A stretch of DNA of 64,000 nt from Myxococcota bacterium. GTDB lineage: Bacteria > Myxococcota > Myxococcia > Myxococcales > Myxococcaceae. Shown one piece after another: positions 35,106-43,081 of this stretch (position 1 is its first letter; every line of letters begins with the position of its first letter). The position numbers and the translations under genes are program-made. Where the stretch lies: contig JBEHYH010000001.1 of the NCBI GenBank assembly GCA_048498275.1, positions 4,876 to 68,875 of the forward strand. The letters are read 5' to 3'. A model generated the notes under the pieces. It was not told the DNA's origin. It saw only the letters and a list, made by a program, of their open reading frames with translations, and searched no databases.

Positions 35106-36739
35106 AATTGGCCAAAAAAGCGACCGACAAATACGTAGAATGTGCTCCTGATCCGGAACGAGTCGTCGAGGGCTTGCGGGACACAGGATATCAGCTGGAA
35201 ACGGCAGTGGCCGATATCGTCGACAACAGCATCGCTGCGACAGCAAAGCGTATCGACGTGAACATGAACATGGACCCTAAAGGGAACGTGCTTGTGTCTA
35301 TTGCCGACAATGGAATCGGCATGAGTCGAGACGGACTAATCAATGCGCTGAGATACGGATCCAAAAGACGCGCAGACCCATCCAGTCTAGGAAAATTTGG
35401 TCTCGGATTAAAAACCGCCTCGACGGCTTTCTCACGTCGAATAGTACTCATTTCGCGCGAAAAGAAATCTGGAGCGGTGCTTCGCGCGGTCTGGGACTTA
35501 GATGTCGTCGCGGATAAGCACGACTGGTTAATAGAGATAGACGACGCCAGGAAAGAAGAGATTTTAATTCTCGATCAGACTGCCGAAGGCGGCACAGGCA
35601 CGGTCGTCATATGGGATCGCGTTGATCGACTCCTCTCTGAATACAAAAACCAAAACGGCGTTCCCGCCCGAAAAGCCCTGACGCGTCACGTCGATGGACT
35701 GCGACAGCATCTGGCTATGACTTATCAGCGATTCTTGGACCCCAAAGACAAGCGAGCTCCAACAATCAAACTGCGATTGCAAGGCGAAGCAGTTGAACCA
35801 TGGGACCCGTTTTGTTTATCGGAAACGAAGGAGCCGATTGAAAACAAAACAATCCCTCTGGAGCTACCCGACGGCACAAAAACATCATTTTCGATTAGGG
35901 CTTTTGTGTTGCCTCGAAAAGAGGACTTCACCGATCAGGATGCAGCAAAGCTCGCGCGGATACAAAACGATATGCAAGGTATATATGTCTACCGTGAGAA
36001 TCGAATGATCCACGGCCCAGACTGGATGGACATGTACCGAAAAGAACCTCACGTCACATTGTGTCGCGTCGAGCTTTCATTCGACCACAAATCCGACGAA
36101 GCGTTCCAGGTCGATATCAAGAAATCGCGAATTCTACTCGCGAACGAGCTCTACGAATGGCTCCGAGACAAATTCCTCCCTGGCCCACGACGCGAGGCTG
36201 AATCTCGGTCTCGAAAAGGCCAAGCGGCCAGAGCCAGTGGGCTTGGAGCGCTGCTACACACCGCATCAAACAATGCAATTCACAGCAAAGCGGATGCTCT
36301 GCAAACTGCCAAGTTGCAAGAGTACAGCGCTAAGACTGGTGAGGCCACGATCCAGAATCGCGGCGGCAAAGCGAAAATAAAAATCAAATTGGTTGATTCC
36401 GTAACCCCCGGTCAGGTTCATGTTCAAACTGTCCCTGAAATCATAAACGGGCTACTTTTCGAGCCCGCCTACATCAAGGGGGCGAACGGCGAGAGCAATC
36501 AAGGCGTCCAAATTGCCAGCAGTCATCCTTACTACCATAAGGTTTACCTTCCCAATCGCTCGTCTGGCGTCACCATTCAGGGCTTGGATTCCTTACTTTG
36601 GGCTTTGGGTGCTGCCGAACTCGGATGTGTCAGTGACGAAACCAAACGAAAGTTTGAAGAAATGCGTTTCGAGGTCTCGAGACTACTACGACAGCTCGTC
36701 GATGACATGCCCGACCCGATCGATGACGCCGAGCAATGA
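35102..36739 (+). CDS. GHKL-superfamily ATPase (HATPase_c_3 / MORC-like)
   Basis: Bergerat-fold motifs: N-box AVADIVDNSIAA, G1 ADNGIGMS, G2 LGKFGLGLKTAS. 545 aa with a long C-terminal region. Confidence 0.8.
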   Translation: MKLAKKATDKYVECAPDPERVVEGLRDTGYQLETAVADIVDNSIAATAKRIDVNMNMDPKGNVLVSIADNGIGMSRDGLINALRYGSKRRADPSSLGKFGLGLKTASTAFSRRIVLISREKKSGAVLRAVWDLDVVADKHDWLIEIDDARKEEILILDQTAEGGTGTVVIWDRVDRLLSEYKNQNGVPARKALTRHVDGLRQHLAMTYQRFLDPKDKRAPTIKLRLQGEAVEPWDPFCLSETKEPIENKTIPLELPDGTKTSFSIRAFVLPRKEDFTDQDAAKLARIQNDMQGIYVYRENRMIHGPDWMDMYRKEPHVTLCRVELSFDHKSDEAFQVDIKKSRILLANELYEWLRDKFLPGPRREAESRSRKGQAARASGLGALLHTASNNAIHSKADALQTAKLQEYSAKTGEATIQNRGGKAKIKIKLVDSVTPGQVHVQTVPEIINGLLFEPAYIKGANGESNQGVQIASSHPYYHKVYLPNRSSGVTIQGLDSLLWALGAAELGCVSDETKRKFEEMRFEVSRLLRQLVDDMPDPIDDAEQ

Positions 36740-37650
36740 TTGACGAAAGAGCACTAGAGCAGCGCCTGTGCGGCCGTTTTGGTTTGGCGATCAGCGCCGG
36801 TCGCCGTGGCCACGGCCTAGATGAGTGTGTGTACTTTCGAGTGGTCGGTCACGGTATCGACAAACCAAATGGTTTCGCAATCGAACTGACCGGAGAATGG
36901 CGCTCACTTGAAGCCAAGTTCGTTCCGGATTCGTTTGCACGATCGCTGATGCAGACTGTCGCAGCATCTACCGAACTGCGACGTAGAGAATTTCTCTCTC
37001 TGTCAGATGCTTTTCAGAGCACGGGGATTCGCAGTTCAGTACGGATTGACGACCGTCCGATTAACGCGAGAGATACCTTGACGCAGCCTTGGTCGAAGTT
37101 CCAACTCGCTTGCCATCGACTTACCGACAAATCGGATGAACAGCGCGATGCGGAGGAACTTGGCGGAGCATGCTTGGCACTAGTTCTTTCGCTACTCCCG
37201 ATCGAGGAGTTGGTTTCACTGCCGTCGGAAGAGTTTCTCGAGCTTGAGCCGGGCACCAACCAAATAGACGGGTTGCCAGAGGGAGCGGTAACCAAAATAA
37301 CTGTTAATCGGTATGAACGCCGACCAGCCAATCGCGCGGCAGCTATCGCGGCCCACGGGACGCAGTGTGCAGCGTGCGGTTTTGACTTCTTTAGATTCTA
37401 CGGAGATCTGGGAGACGGCTTTATTGAAATACACCATCGAACGCCAGTATCGCTGATAGGGCCCAACTACATCATCGACCCAGTACGCGACTTAGTGCCG
37501 TTGTGCGCGAACTGCCACCAGATGGTGCATCGAAGATCTCCGCCGGTTGAACCAGAACAATTGAGAGAACTCTTGCTCGCGCGTCAAAAGTTCCCCAAGA
37601 CAACCGCATCTGGCAGTCCCGATGACGAGACCGCAGGGCGTCTGGAGTAG
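36736..37650 (+). CDS. HNH endonuclease with uncharacterised N-terminal domain
   Basis: ATGA overlap with the upstream stop. C-terminal ..NRYERR...R..A....G..C.ACGFDF...FIEIHHRTPVS...DLVPLCANCHQMVHR (HNH, McrA-like). Confidence 0.8.
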   Translation: MIDERALEQRLCGRFGLAISAGRRGHGLDECVYFRVVGHGIDKPNGFAIELTGEWRSLEAKFVPDSFARSLMQTVAASTELRRREFLSLSDAFQSTGIRSSVRIDDRPINARDTLTQPWSKFQLACHRLTDKSDEQRDAEELGGACLALVLSLLPIEELVSLPSEEFLELEPGTNQIDGLPEGAVTKITVNRYERRPANRAAAIAAHGTQCAACGFDFFRFYGDLGDGFIEIHHRTPVSLIGPNYIIDPVRDLVPLCANCHQMVHRRSPPVEPEQLRELLLARQKFPKTTASGSPDDETAGRLE

Positions 37651-37776
37651 TTCTCGCGTGGATTCCACTTAACAAAGTCGTCTGCCGCTCAATGGTCAGC
37701 CATCAAAAACGAAAGAGGCGTTAAGCTTGCAGCTGTCAGGAACAAGGTAGGAGCTTCCGACATGCACTGCTTCACG

Positions 37777-39582
37777 CTACCTATGCTGTTCTTGATGAAG
37801 TTCAATACCAAGGAACCGCAGTTCGCCATCGAGGTTAAACCGAGGCGTCCACACCGCATCAACAGAACCTACTGGCACCACATCGGGATCCGTTGCGCTG
37901 AACACGAACTGAACAGGATCTTCCAATCTGCTCGACATTTTGTGGAACTGCGCAACATACGCACTTAAGTCTGCTGAACTCAGTTCGTGCTGACGGGGGG
38001 CATCGAGAATGAGCAGCTTCGGGTGGTTGCCATTCATGGCAAGTGAGGCTTCGACCAACGCTGCGTGGTAAGACAGGATAAATCGCGTGCGAGTACTGCC
38101 GCTTGGAGACGACTTGGAGGTGAAGGGCTCTCCATTCACAACAAGCCGCAATTCCTCATCGAACTCGATCTCCGTCGGCAAATTTGGCGTATTGAGTACG
38201 CCGCACCATTTCACAAAGCTAGTCGCCAGATGCTGCCGAGCATCGAGTAGTCGGCTCGTTTCCCTACGAGCTCCGCGTGTTGGGCGAAGTTCATCGACCG
38301 AATCTCTCGCTCGCGCTTCTTTGGTAAGAAGCACTTCAAGTTGCTTCTGCTCACGTGCAATTCGCTCGAGGCGATCGAGACGAACGTGGATATCGGACAA
38401 TTCTCGGGTCGCAAGTTGTAGAAAACTGACGATTCCACCACCTCCGCGCTGCTCAAGCTCTTGGCTCTTCGCCTCGCTTGCTTCATGAACAAGGCGCTCT
38501 GCTGCGGCTAGTTGGTCGGTTAACACAACAAGCACTCTTTCCACCTCACCGCTACCTACTTCGAAGTCCTTAAGCTGGTCTTTTAGATAGAGAACCCGCC
38601 TGCCAAACGAGTCTTCATTCCTGAAGAACTGGCAGGATTGGTTTCCACAGAGCTTTCGGAAAATGTCAGCGGCAACTTCGTTCTGCTCTAGAGCACTGAG
38701 CTCGGTGCCCATCTCGGCGCGGTAGTCACCCAGTTGTTTTTTTCGTTTCTTGGCACTCGCCAACTTGAGAGCAAGCTCATCTCTCTGTTGCGCACTTTCA
38801 CGGACGCGAACGTCAAGCGCTGATTCTGACTGAAGCATCGTCTGAATAGTAGATTGCGCACGGGCGATCTCAGGCTCCAGCACGGCCTTACGCTCTTGCA
38901 GGCGCTCGACGGCATCGTCTCCACGATCCTCGCCCAGCTCACGCCTGAGCGCCTCAAGACCTCGGCGCTTGAATGCGATCTGCTCTTGTATGCCAGCCTG
39001 CTCCGTCTTCGCCTCTCTGTATTTACCCTTGTCTACTGGTCGGTATTTCGCAGGAAGATCCAATAACCAACGAAGAACTTCCTCGCGTTGATCTCTCACG
39101 AATTTGTGGGTTTCGAACGGCACATATTCGGAAGCCCAACCAACATCCTGATCGACCAAGAACATTGGTCCCACAACGCTCATGTACGGAGGAACTTGCT
39201 CGCCCGATACCGATGAAAGCGTTCGTAGCGCGATACCAATCTTTGGTAGCAGCCATGACGAAAAGTCACTTTCATTGGAAAATGAAACAACATGACCCTT
39301 TTGGTCGCTCACAGCAACGACGAGACCCGATTCAAACTGACGTACAATTCTGTACTCTGTTGCGTCCGCCACGATTTCAACGACGACAGCGCTGCACTTC
39401 TCGCGAACCAGCGGTGGAAGTTCGACCGGATGACCAAGACCGTAGACAAGCGCCTTCAGGAGCGGCGTCTTCCCAGCACCGTTTCGTCCAAGAAGGAGCG
39501 TGCTGGCCCTACCAAACGACAATGAGCCGCTAGTCCAACCGACTTCACCACGAGGTAGCAACTCCAGCGAACGCAGCGTCAT
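37777..39582 (-). CDS. SMC/Rad50-like ABC ATPase (ABC-3C-type ATPase component)
   Basis: N-terminal Walker A LLLGRNGAGKT, ~300-aa coiled coil, C-terminal signature-like SPSGST and Walker B KLLILDAP. 4-nt overlap with the upstream gene. Confidence 0.8.
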   Translation of the reverse strand: MTLRSLELLPRGEVGWTSGSLSFGRASTLLLGRNGAGKTPLLKALVYGLGHPVELPPLVREKCSAVVVEIVADATEYRIVRQFESGLVVAVSDQKGHVVSFSNESDFSSWLLPKIGIALRTLSSVSGEQVPPYMSVVGPMFLVDQDVGWASEYVPFETHKFVRDQREEVLRWLLDLPAKYRPVDKGKYREAKTEQAGIQEQIAFKRRGLEALRRELGEDRGDDAVERLQERKAVLEPEIARAQSTIQTMLQSESALDVRVRESAQQRDELALKLASAKKRKKQLGDYRAEMGTELSALEQNEVAADIFRKLCGNQSCQFFRNEDSFGRRVLYLKDQLKDFEVGSGEVERVLVVLTDQLAAAERLVHEASEAKSQELEQRGGGGIVSFLQLATRELSDIHVRLDRLERIAREQKQLEVLLTKEARARDSVDELRPTRGARRETSRLLDARQHLATSFVKWCGVLNTPNLPTEIEFDEELRLVVNGEPFTSKSSPSGSTRTRFILSYHAALVEASLAMNGNHPKLLILDAPRQHELSSADLSAYVAQFHKMSSRLEDPVQFVFSATDPDVVPVGSVDAVWTPRFNLDGELRFLGIELHQEQHR

Positions 39583-40058
39583 AAGAGCTCCAAGCCACCT
39601 TGGTCTACTGCGCGATAGGCTCGCTCAAGCTCACGAACAAGGACCCCAGATTCATCAGCAGAGAGAGTCAGCTTCCTCACAAGCGTTTTCCCTGAGTCAG
39701 CGATATAGATGGTTCTCGTTGGCGCTTCTTTCACGATGGCCAGACCTACGTTCTCCAGGAACACCAGTGCCTCCGCGCAACGCCTCCGCAGAGGAACAGA
39801 CCATTGAATGTCAGTGCGTACAAACCGAAGGTCCGCGAACTTTCTCATGAGAGTCCCAAGCGCCCAAGTTGCGACGTCGGAGGTCGGTACCCCGTTACGA
39901 CGAGCCTTGGCGATCACCAAGATTGTCAACGCGAGCAGGGGAGCATGGAACAGCCCTTCAACACCAGCACTTGCAGCTCGCGACAGCCCCTGCATGTTCA
40001 GCCGAAGTTGAACGTTTGCAGTTGTAGCCTCCGCAGTAATCTCTTCGAGAGTTCTCAC
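39579..40058 (-). CDS. Small helical protein, position of the ABC-3C middle component
   Basis: 159 aa with no catalytic motif. 4-nt overlaps with both neighbours, implying translational coupling. Confidence 0.6.
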   Translation of the reverse strand: MRTLEEITAEATTANVQLRLNMQGLSRAASAGVEGLFHAPLLALTILVIAKARRNGVPTSDVATWALGTLMRKFADLRFVRTDIQWSVPLRRRCAEALVFLENVGLAIVKEAPTRTIYIADSGKTLVRKLTLSADESGVLVRELERAYRAVDQGGLELL

Positions 40059-41254
40059 GATTCAGCCTCAACGGCGACAGCCAGCATTAGGCCAAAGACT
40101 AAATCCTTCGTGAGTGGCTCGCTCGACGTTAATATTGTGCTGTACTTGGTGGCGAGATTGGAAGCCTCCTGTCCGAGTCCATCGAACGATAGATGACCAT
40201 CGGAATGAACCTTCAGTGCACTTGCGCACGAATTTTTAAGCGATATCTGGTCGAGGGCGTTGACAACATGTCGTTGGCGCACCCACCACGCATCCCATGC
40301 CGTCTTGAGTTGACATAGCTCCGGTATGACCGATTCCGAAACCTTACTTCTCCTGCAGAGGCGATGGAGCCGAGAGAGCGCTACGACGCCTTCTCTTCCC
40401 GACACCTGTAACTCACGATAGCCTTCGGAAGAGAGGCTCAAGATGCGAAGCACATCTTCGAGAACAAGCCCCTTTGAACTCCTCAGTTCACTATTCGACG
40501 CCGGCAGCTCCGGAAGTTTCCGGTGCGACTTCTCGCGAACGACCGCAACAAGCTCTGCGCCAATCTTCTGCGTCTCTGACTGAGTGAGATCAACCTCCGA
40601 CATCTGATAGATACGCCCGCCAAGAAGAACGCGACAATCGTTTATGTTCGCAATTTTTCCGAACGCATCTTGCACATAGAGCCGCCTGAGAAATTCGAAT
40701 ATGTGGTCCGACTTTATCGACGGAAACGCTGCCGGTAGCACAGCGACCAGTTCATTGAACGAGTCCGCTGGAGCGCCAACAAGTGCGACAGAATCACTGA
40801 CAGATCGCACCGCATCCAGCAAATCAGTGAACTCTTTCGTCACGCCGGCATCGGTAACGAACACGAAGTGTTCACATCGCGCACCGAACTTTTGTACGTG
40901 ATCAAAAAGACGCCCAAAAATTGAGTCAGCGTCAGCTATCGGTGCCGCTACGGCACTCTTGGACTTCCCCTTTCGAGTTCTGACGCCGAAAAACTCGTTG
41001 ACCCTCCAAGGCCCTTGCGCCCCACCCCGGGTCTTAACTTGGTGAAAACGATAGGCCGATACCCCAGCGGACTCGATCACGTAGTCGTCGTGCCATTCAC
41101 AATAGACGCACGCGACCTTGGTATCATCTAGAACTTCAAGCGCCCCAGCTGCCGCCTGATGATACTGGAATTCGAACGCGTTCCCCGTACCTGCACCCAC
41201 CTGCTCACGCGGCTCAACCTCGTGAAGACCTACCCCTCCCTCTTGGTTGGTCAC
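40055..41254 (-). CDS. DUF4297/Cap4-nuclease-like PD-(D/E)XK effector with helical C-terminal domain (ABC-3C effector position)
   Basis: GTG 41254 after GGAG. GNAFEFQYHQ...VYCEWHDDYVIE...YRFHQVKT matches my recollection of the DUF4297 dsDNA-nuclease signature. Confidence 0.65.
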   Translation of the reverse strand: MTNQEGGVGLHEVEPREQVGAGTGNAFEFQYHQAAAGALEVLDDTKVACVYCEWHDDYVIESAGVSAYRFHQVKTRGGAQGPWRVNEFFGVRTRKGKSKSAVAAPIADADSIFGRLFDHVQKFGARCEHFVFVTDAGVTKEFTDLLDAVRSVSDSVALVGAPADSFNELVAVLPAAFPSIKSDHIFEFLRRLYVQDAFGKIANINDCRVLLGGRIYQMSEVDLTQSETQKIGAELVAVVREKSHRKLPELPASNSELRSSKGLVLEDVLRILSLSSEGYRELQVSGREGVVALSRLHRLCRRSKVSESVIPELCQLKTAWDAWWVRQRHVVNALDQISLKNSCASALKVHSDGHLSFDGLGQEASNLATKYSTILTSSEPLTKDLVFGLMLAVAVEAES

Positions 41255-41352
41255 GCGACCCGCTCCATGTCGACGGTCTTTCTCAACTGAGTGCTCGTTG
41301 AGGCTACTTTCTATACAAGTTCACTGAAAGTACCGCGCTGTATCCGCTTCGC

Positions 41353-41805
41353 CTAGAGGGGAGCAACTTCACGATCGTGAAGCCGCAGCGGCGGCAATGA
41401 CGCCTCCAGTCGTTTGAATGCCGACTGCTTCAGCTTCTGGGTGTTCATCCGAGAAATCGCCAGCAGCCTCCGCAGTGACAGCGCCCGGAGCCGCCCTGCG
41501 TCGGTCTCGCGCTCAACGACGAGCAATGCTCTCACAGGGAGCCGACGCACGACGGTGACGTAGTGACAAACCTCAATACGGCTGACGCCGAACTGCTTAC
41601 CCACCGTGGCGTACGACGCACCCGGCACATTCAGCGCCTTTTCATATCGTCTCGCTCGCTCAATCGGGTTCGGCGGCGGCGTCAGCGATCGACGATGACG
41701 CTCGCTCTCGTGTTCCAATCCGAGAAGCAACCAACTCCACTGCATCATCGCTTGGAAGGTCATCCGTCGCGCAACGGTTCGTGGAGCGTCTATATTGGGG
41801 AGCAA
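41353..41805 (-). CDS. HTH protein (ParB/KorB-type HTH-like), unknown function
   Basis: ..IERARRYEKAL...GASYATVGKQFGVSRIEVCHYVTVVRRLP resembles the ParB-family HTH segment. Start uncertain. Confidence 0.45.
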   Translation of the reverse strand: MLPNIDAPRTVARRMTFQAMMQWSWLLLGLEHESERHRRSLTPPPNPIERARRYEKALNVPGASYATVGKQFGVSRIEVCHYVTVVRRLPVRALLVVERETDAGRLRALSLRRLLAISRMNTQKLKQSAFKRLEASLPPLRLHDREVAPL

Positions 41806-41856
41806 GCGATGAAAGCCTCGGTTCTGCCGGGGCTTTTTCGTTGCGGGTCGTGGACT

Positions 41857-42408
41857 TCAGCACGCTCCACCATGCGGCGATTCACGCGACGACGCACGCC
41901 CGCGCCAGTACTTGATGGCCCGCGACAGAGGCCGGTCAGTCGGTACGGCTGCAATTGCATCCTCTGGCCAGTCTGGTCCAGCCCAGGCGGCTTTCTCGAC
42001 CGCTTCGAGAAACATCAAGAACGCGAGAATGGCGTGAATCTGCGCGTCGGTGAAGTCGCGCAGCCGGTCTTTGCCGCGAGCGCTCAGTTTGCCCCCGGGC
42101 GGTGATAGCTCGGCAATGACGCTATCGGGGAAGCAGTCGAGGCGCGTTTTCGCCTCCATCGACCGCAGCATCATGGCCGGAAGGTAGTAGCGAAAGCCGG
42201 CCGCCGTGAGCAGCGCTGGGCTGGGATTTCCGCTCAGGTCAGCGACGCTCACGTCAGGCCACCGCTTGCCGATGAATCGCCCGATGGTCTCTTTGCACTC
42301 GCTGCAATGGTCATTGCGCAGTTCATGGTCACTGGGAGGTTCTCCGACCGGAAACGCTCCCTCGATCGCCTCAACCGCCGCGCGTCTCAATGTTTCTAGC
42401 CTGCTCAT
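41857..42408 (-). CDS. Hypothetical protein (183 aa)
   Basis: Clean ORF with an ATG start. HCSEC motif. No recognised domain. Confidence 0.5.
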   Translation of the reverse strand: MSRLETLRRAAVEAIEGAFPVGEPPSDHELRNDHCSECKETIGRFIGKRWPDVSVADLSGNPSPALLTAAGFRYYLPAMMLRSMEAKTRLDCFPDSVIAELSPPGGKLSARGKDRLRDFTDAQIHAILAFLMFLEAVEKAAWAGPDWPEDAIAAVPTDRPLSRAIKYWRGRASSRESPHGGAC

Positions 42409-42433
42409 TCGGCCCCCTGTCGATGCACGACTT

Positions 42434-42762
42434 TTACGCCACCAACTGCATTCCCATCACGACGGTTCTCACTTCGTCCACAGAGGTCGAACAGCGCGCC
42501 TGCGACTCTTGCACCGGCTCGACGCGGGAGAGTGCTGCGTCACCGAGCTCGCTGAAGCGAGCCAGACCAAGCTCTCCACGCTCTCGCAGCAGCTCCGGGT
42601 GTTGCACGCCGAGCGCATCGTGAAGCGCCGCCGTCACGGCAAGCACATCCACTACTCGTCGCGGACAACCATGTGCGCGAGCTCATTCGGGCCGCGCTGG
42701 TTCACGCCGGTGAGCCCGCCGTCATCCCCTCGCAACATCAGAGAAAGAAGAGGGCGTCATGA
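42434..42762 (+). pseudogene. ArsR/SmtB-family metalloregulator remnant (no start codon, 1-nt frameshift near 42659)
   Basis: ..TARLRLLHRLDAGECCVTELAEASQTKLSTLSQQLRVLHAERIVKRRRHGKHIHYS, then the frame shifts to ADNHVRELIRAALVHAGEP...*. No ATG/GTG/TTG is available after 42408 in the first frame. Confidence 0.55.
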
Positions 42763-42920
42763 CCCACACAACGCATCCGAAGCACGACCACGTTCACGGT
42801 GTCGACTGCGGCCACGTCGCCGTCCGTCATGGCGGCCACGTGGACTACCTCGTCGCCGGGCAGCTGCATCACCCTCACGCCGGGCACTGCGACGACCACG
42901 GCGCGCTCGCGGCGGCCTGA
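42759..42920 (+). CDS. His-rich 53-aa protein (putative metal-binding)
   Basis: ATGA overlap with the ArsR-remnant stop. MTHTTHPKHDHVHGVDCGHVAVRHGGHVDYLVAGQLHHPHAGHCDDHGALAAA has 14 His and 2 Cys. Below the size cutoff of the ORF track. Confidence 0.55.
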   Translation: MTHTTHPKHDHVHGVDCGHVAVRHGGHVDYLVAGQLHHPHAGHCDDHGALAAA

Positions 42921-43081
42921 GACGCGTCCACGTCCGCCGTGCGAACGCACTGATTCGCAGCGGAGCTGGCGAAGGGTGGGCGGCGCGACTCCGTTTGGCC
43001 AGATTGAGGCTTTGAAAACGGTCGGTTCAGGCGGTCGACGAGGAGCAGCGAAACAATGACTCGGATCGCTCGACGTTCTGT

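Larger units (their letters stand above)
13300..42408. mobile_element. Integrated genomic island (~29 kb) at the 3' end of tRNA-Asn; satellite-like or decayed element carrying defence cargo
   Basis: Begins with a serine recombinase overlapping the tRNA 3' end. Visibly lower G+C and relaxed GC3. Holds phage-type early genes and defence operons but no structural or conjugation genes. Right border is approximate (41255-43081). Confidence 0.7.

Noticed and set aside
40168-40182. Candidate attR copy of the tRNA-Asn 3' end (also ~41529-41545)
   Set aside because: These are only 7-9-nt matches (CGAGTCC; CAGGGAGC) lying inside coding sequence. Serine recombinases do not require long direct repeats, so their absence is uninformative.
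13300-42408. Intact prophage or ICE
   Set aside because: No terminase, portal, capsid, tail or lysis genes, and no relaxase, T4SS or coupling-protein genes, were recognisable. Only early-region-type and cargo genes are present.
42206-43015. 269-aa plus-strand ORF
   Set aside because: It is a composite. Its 5' part is antisense to gene 41857-42408. Its middle is the ArsR remnant. Its 3' part is an out-of-frame read through the His-rich small ORF.
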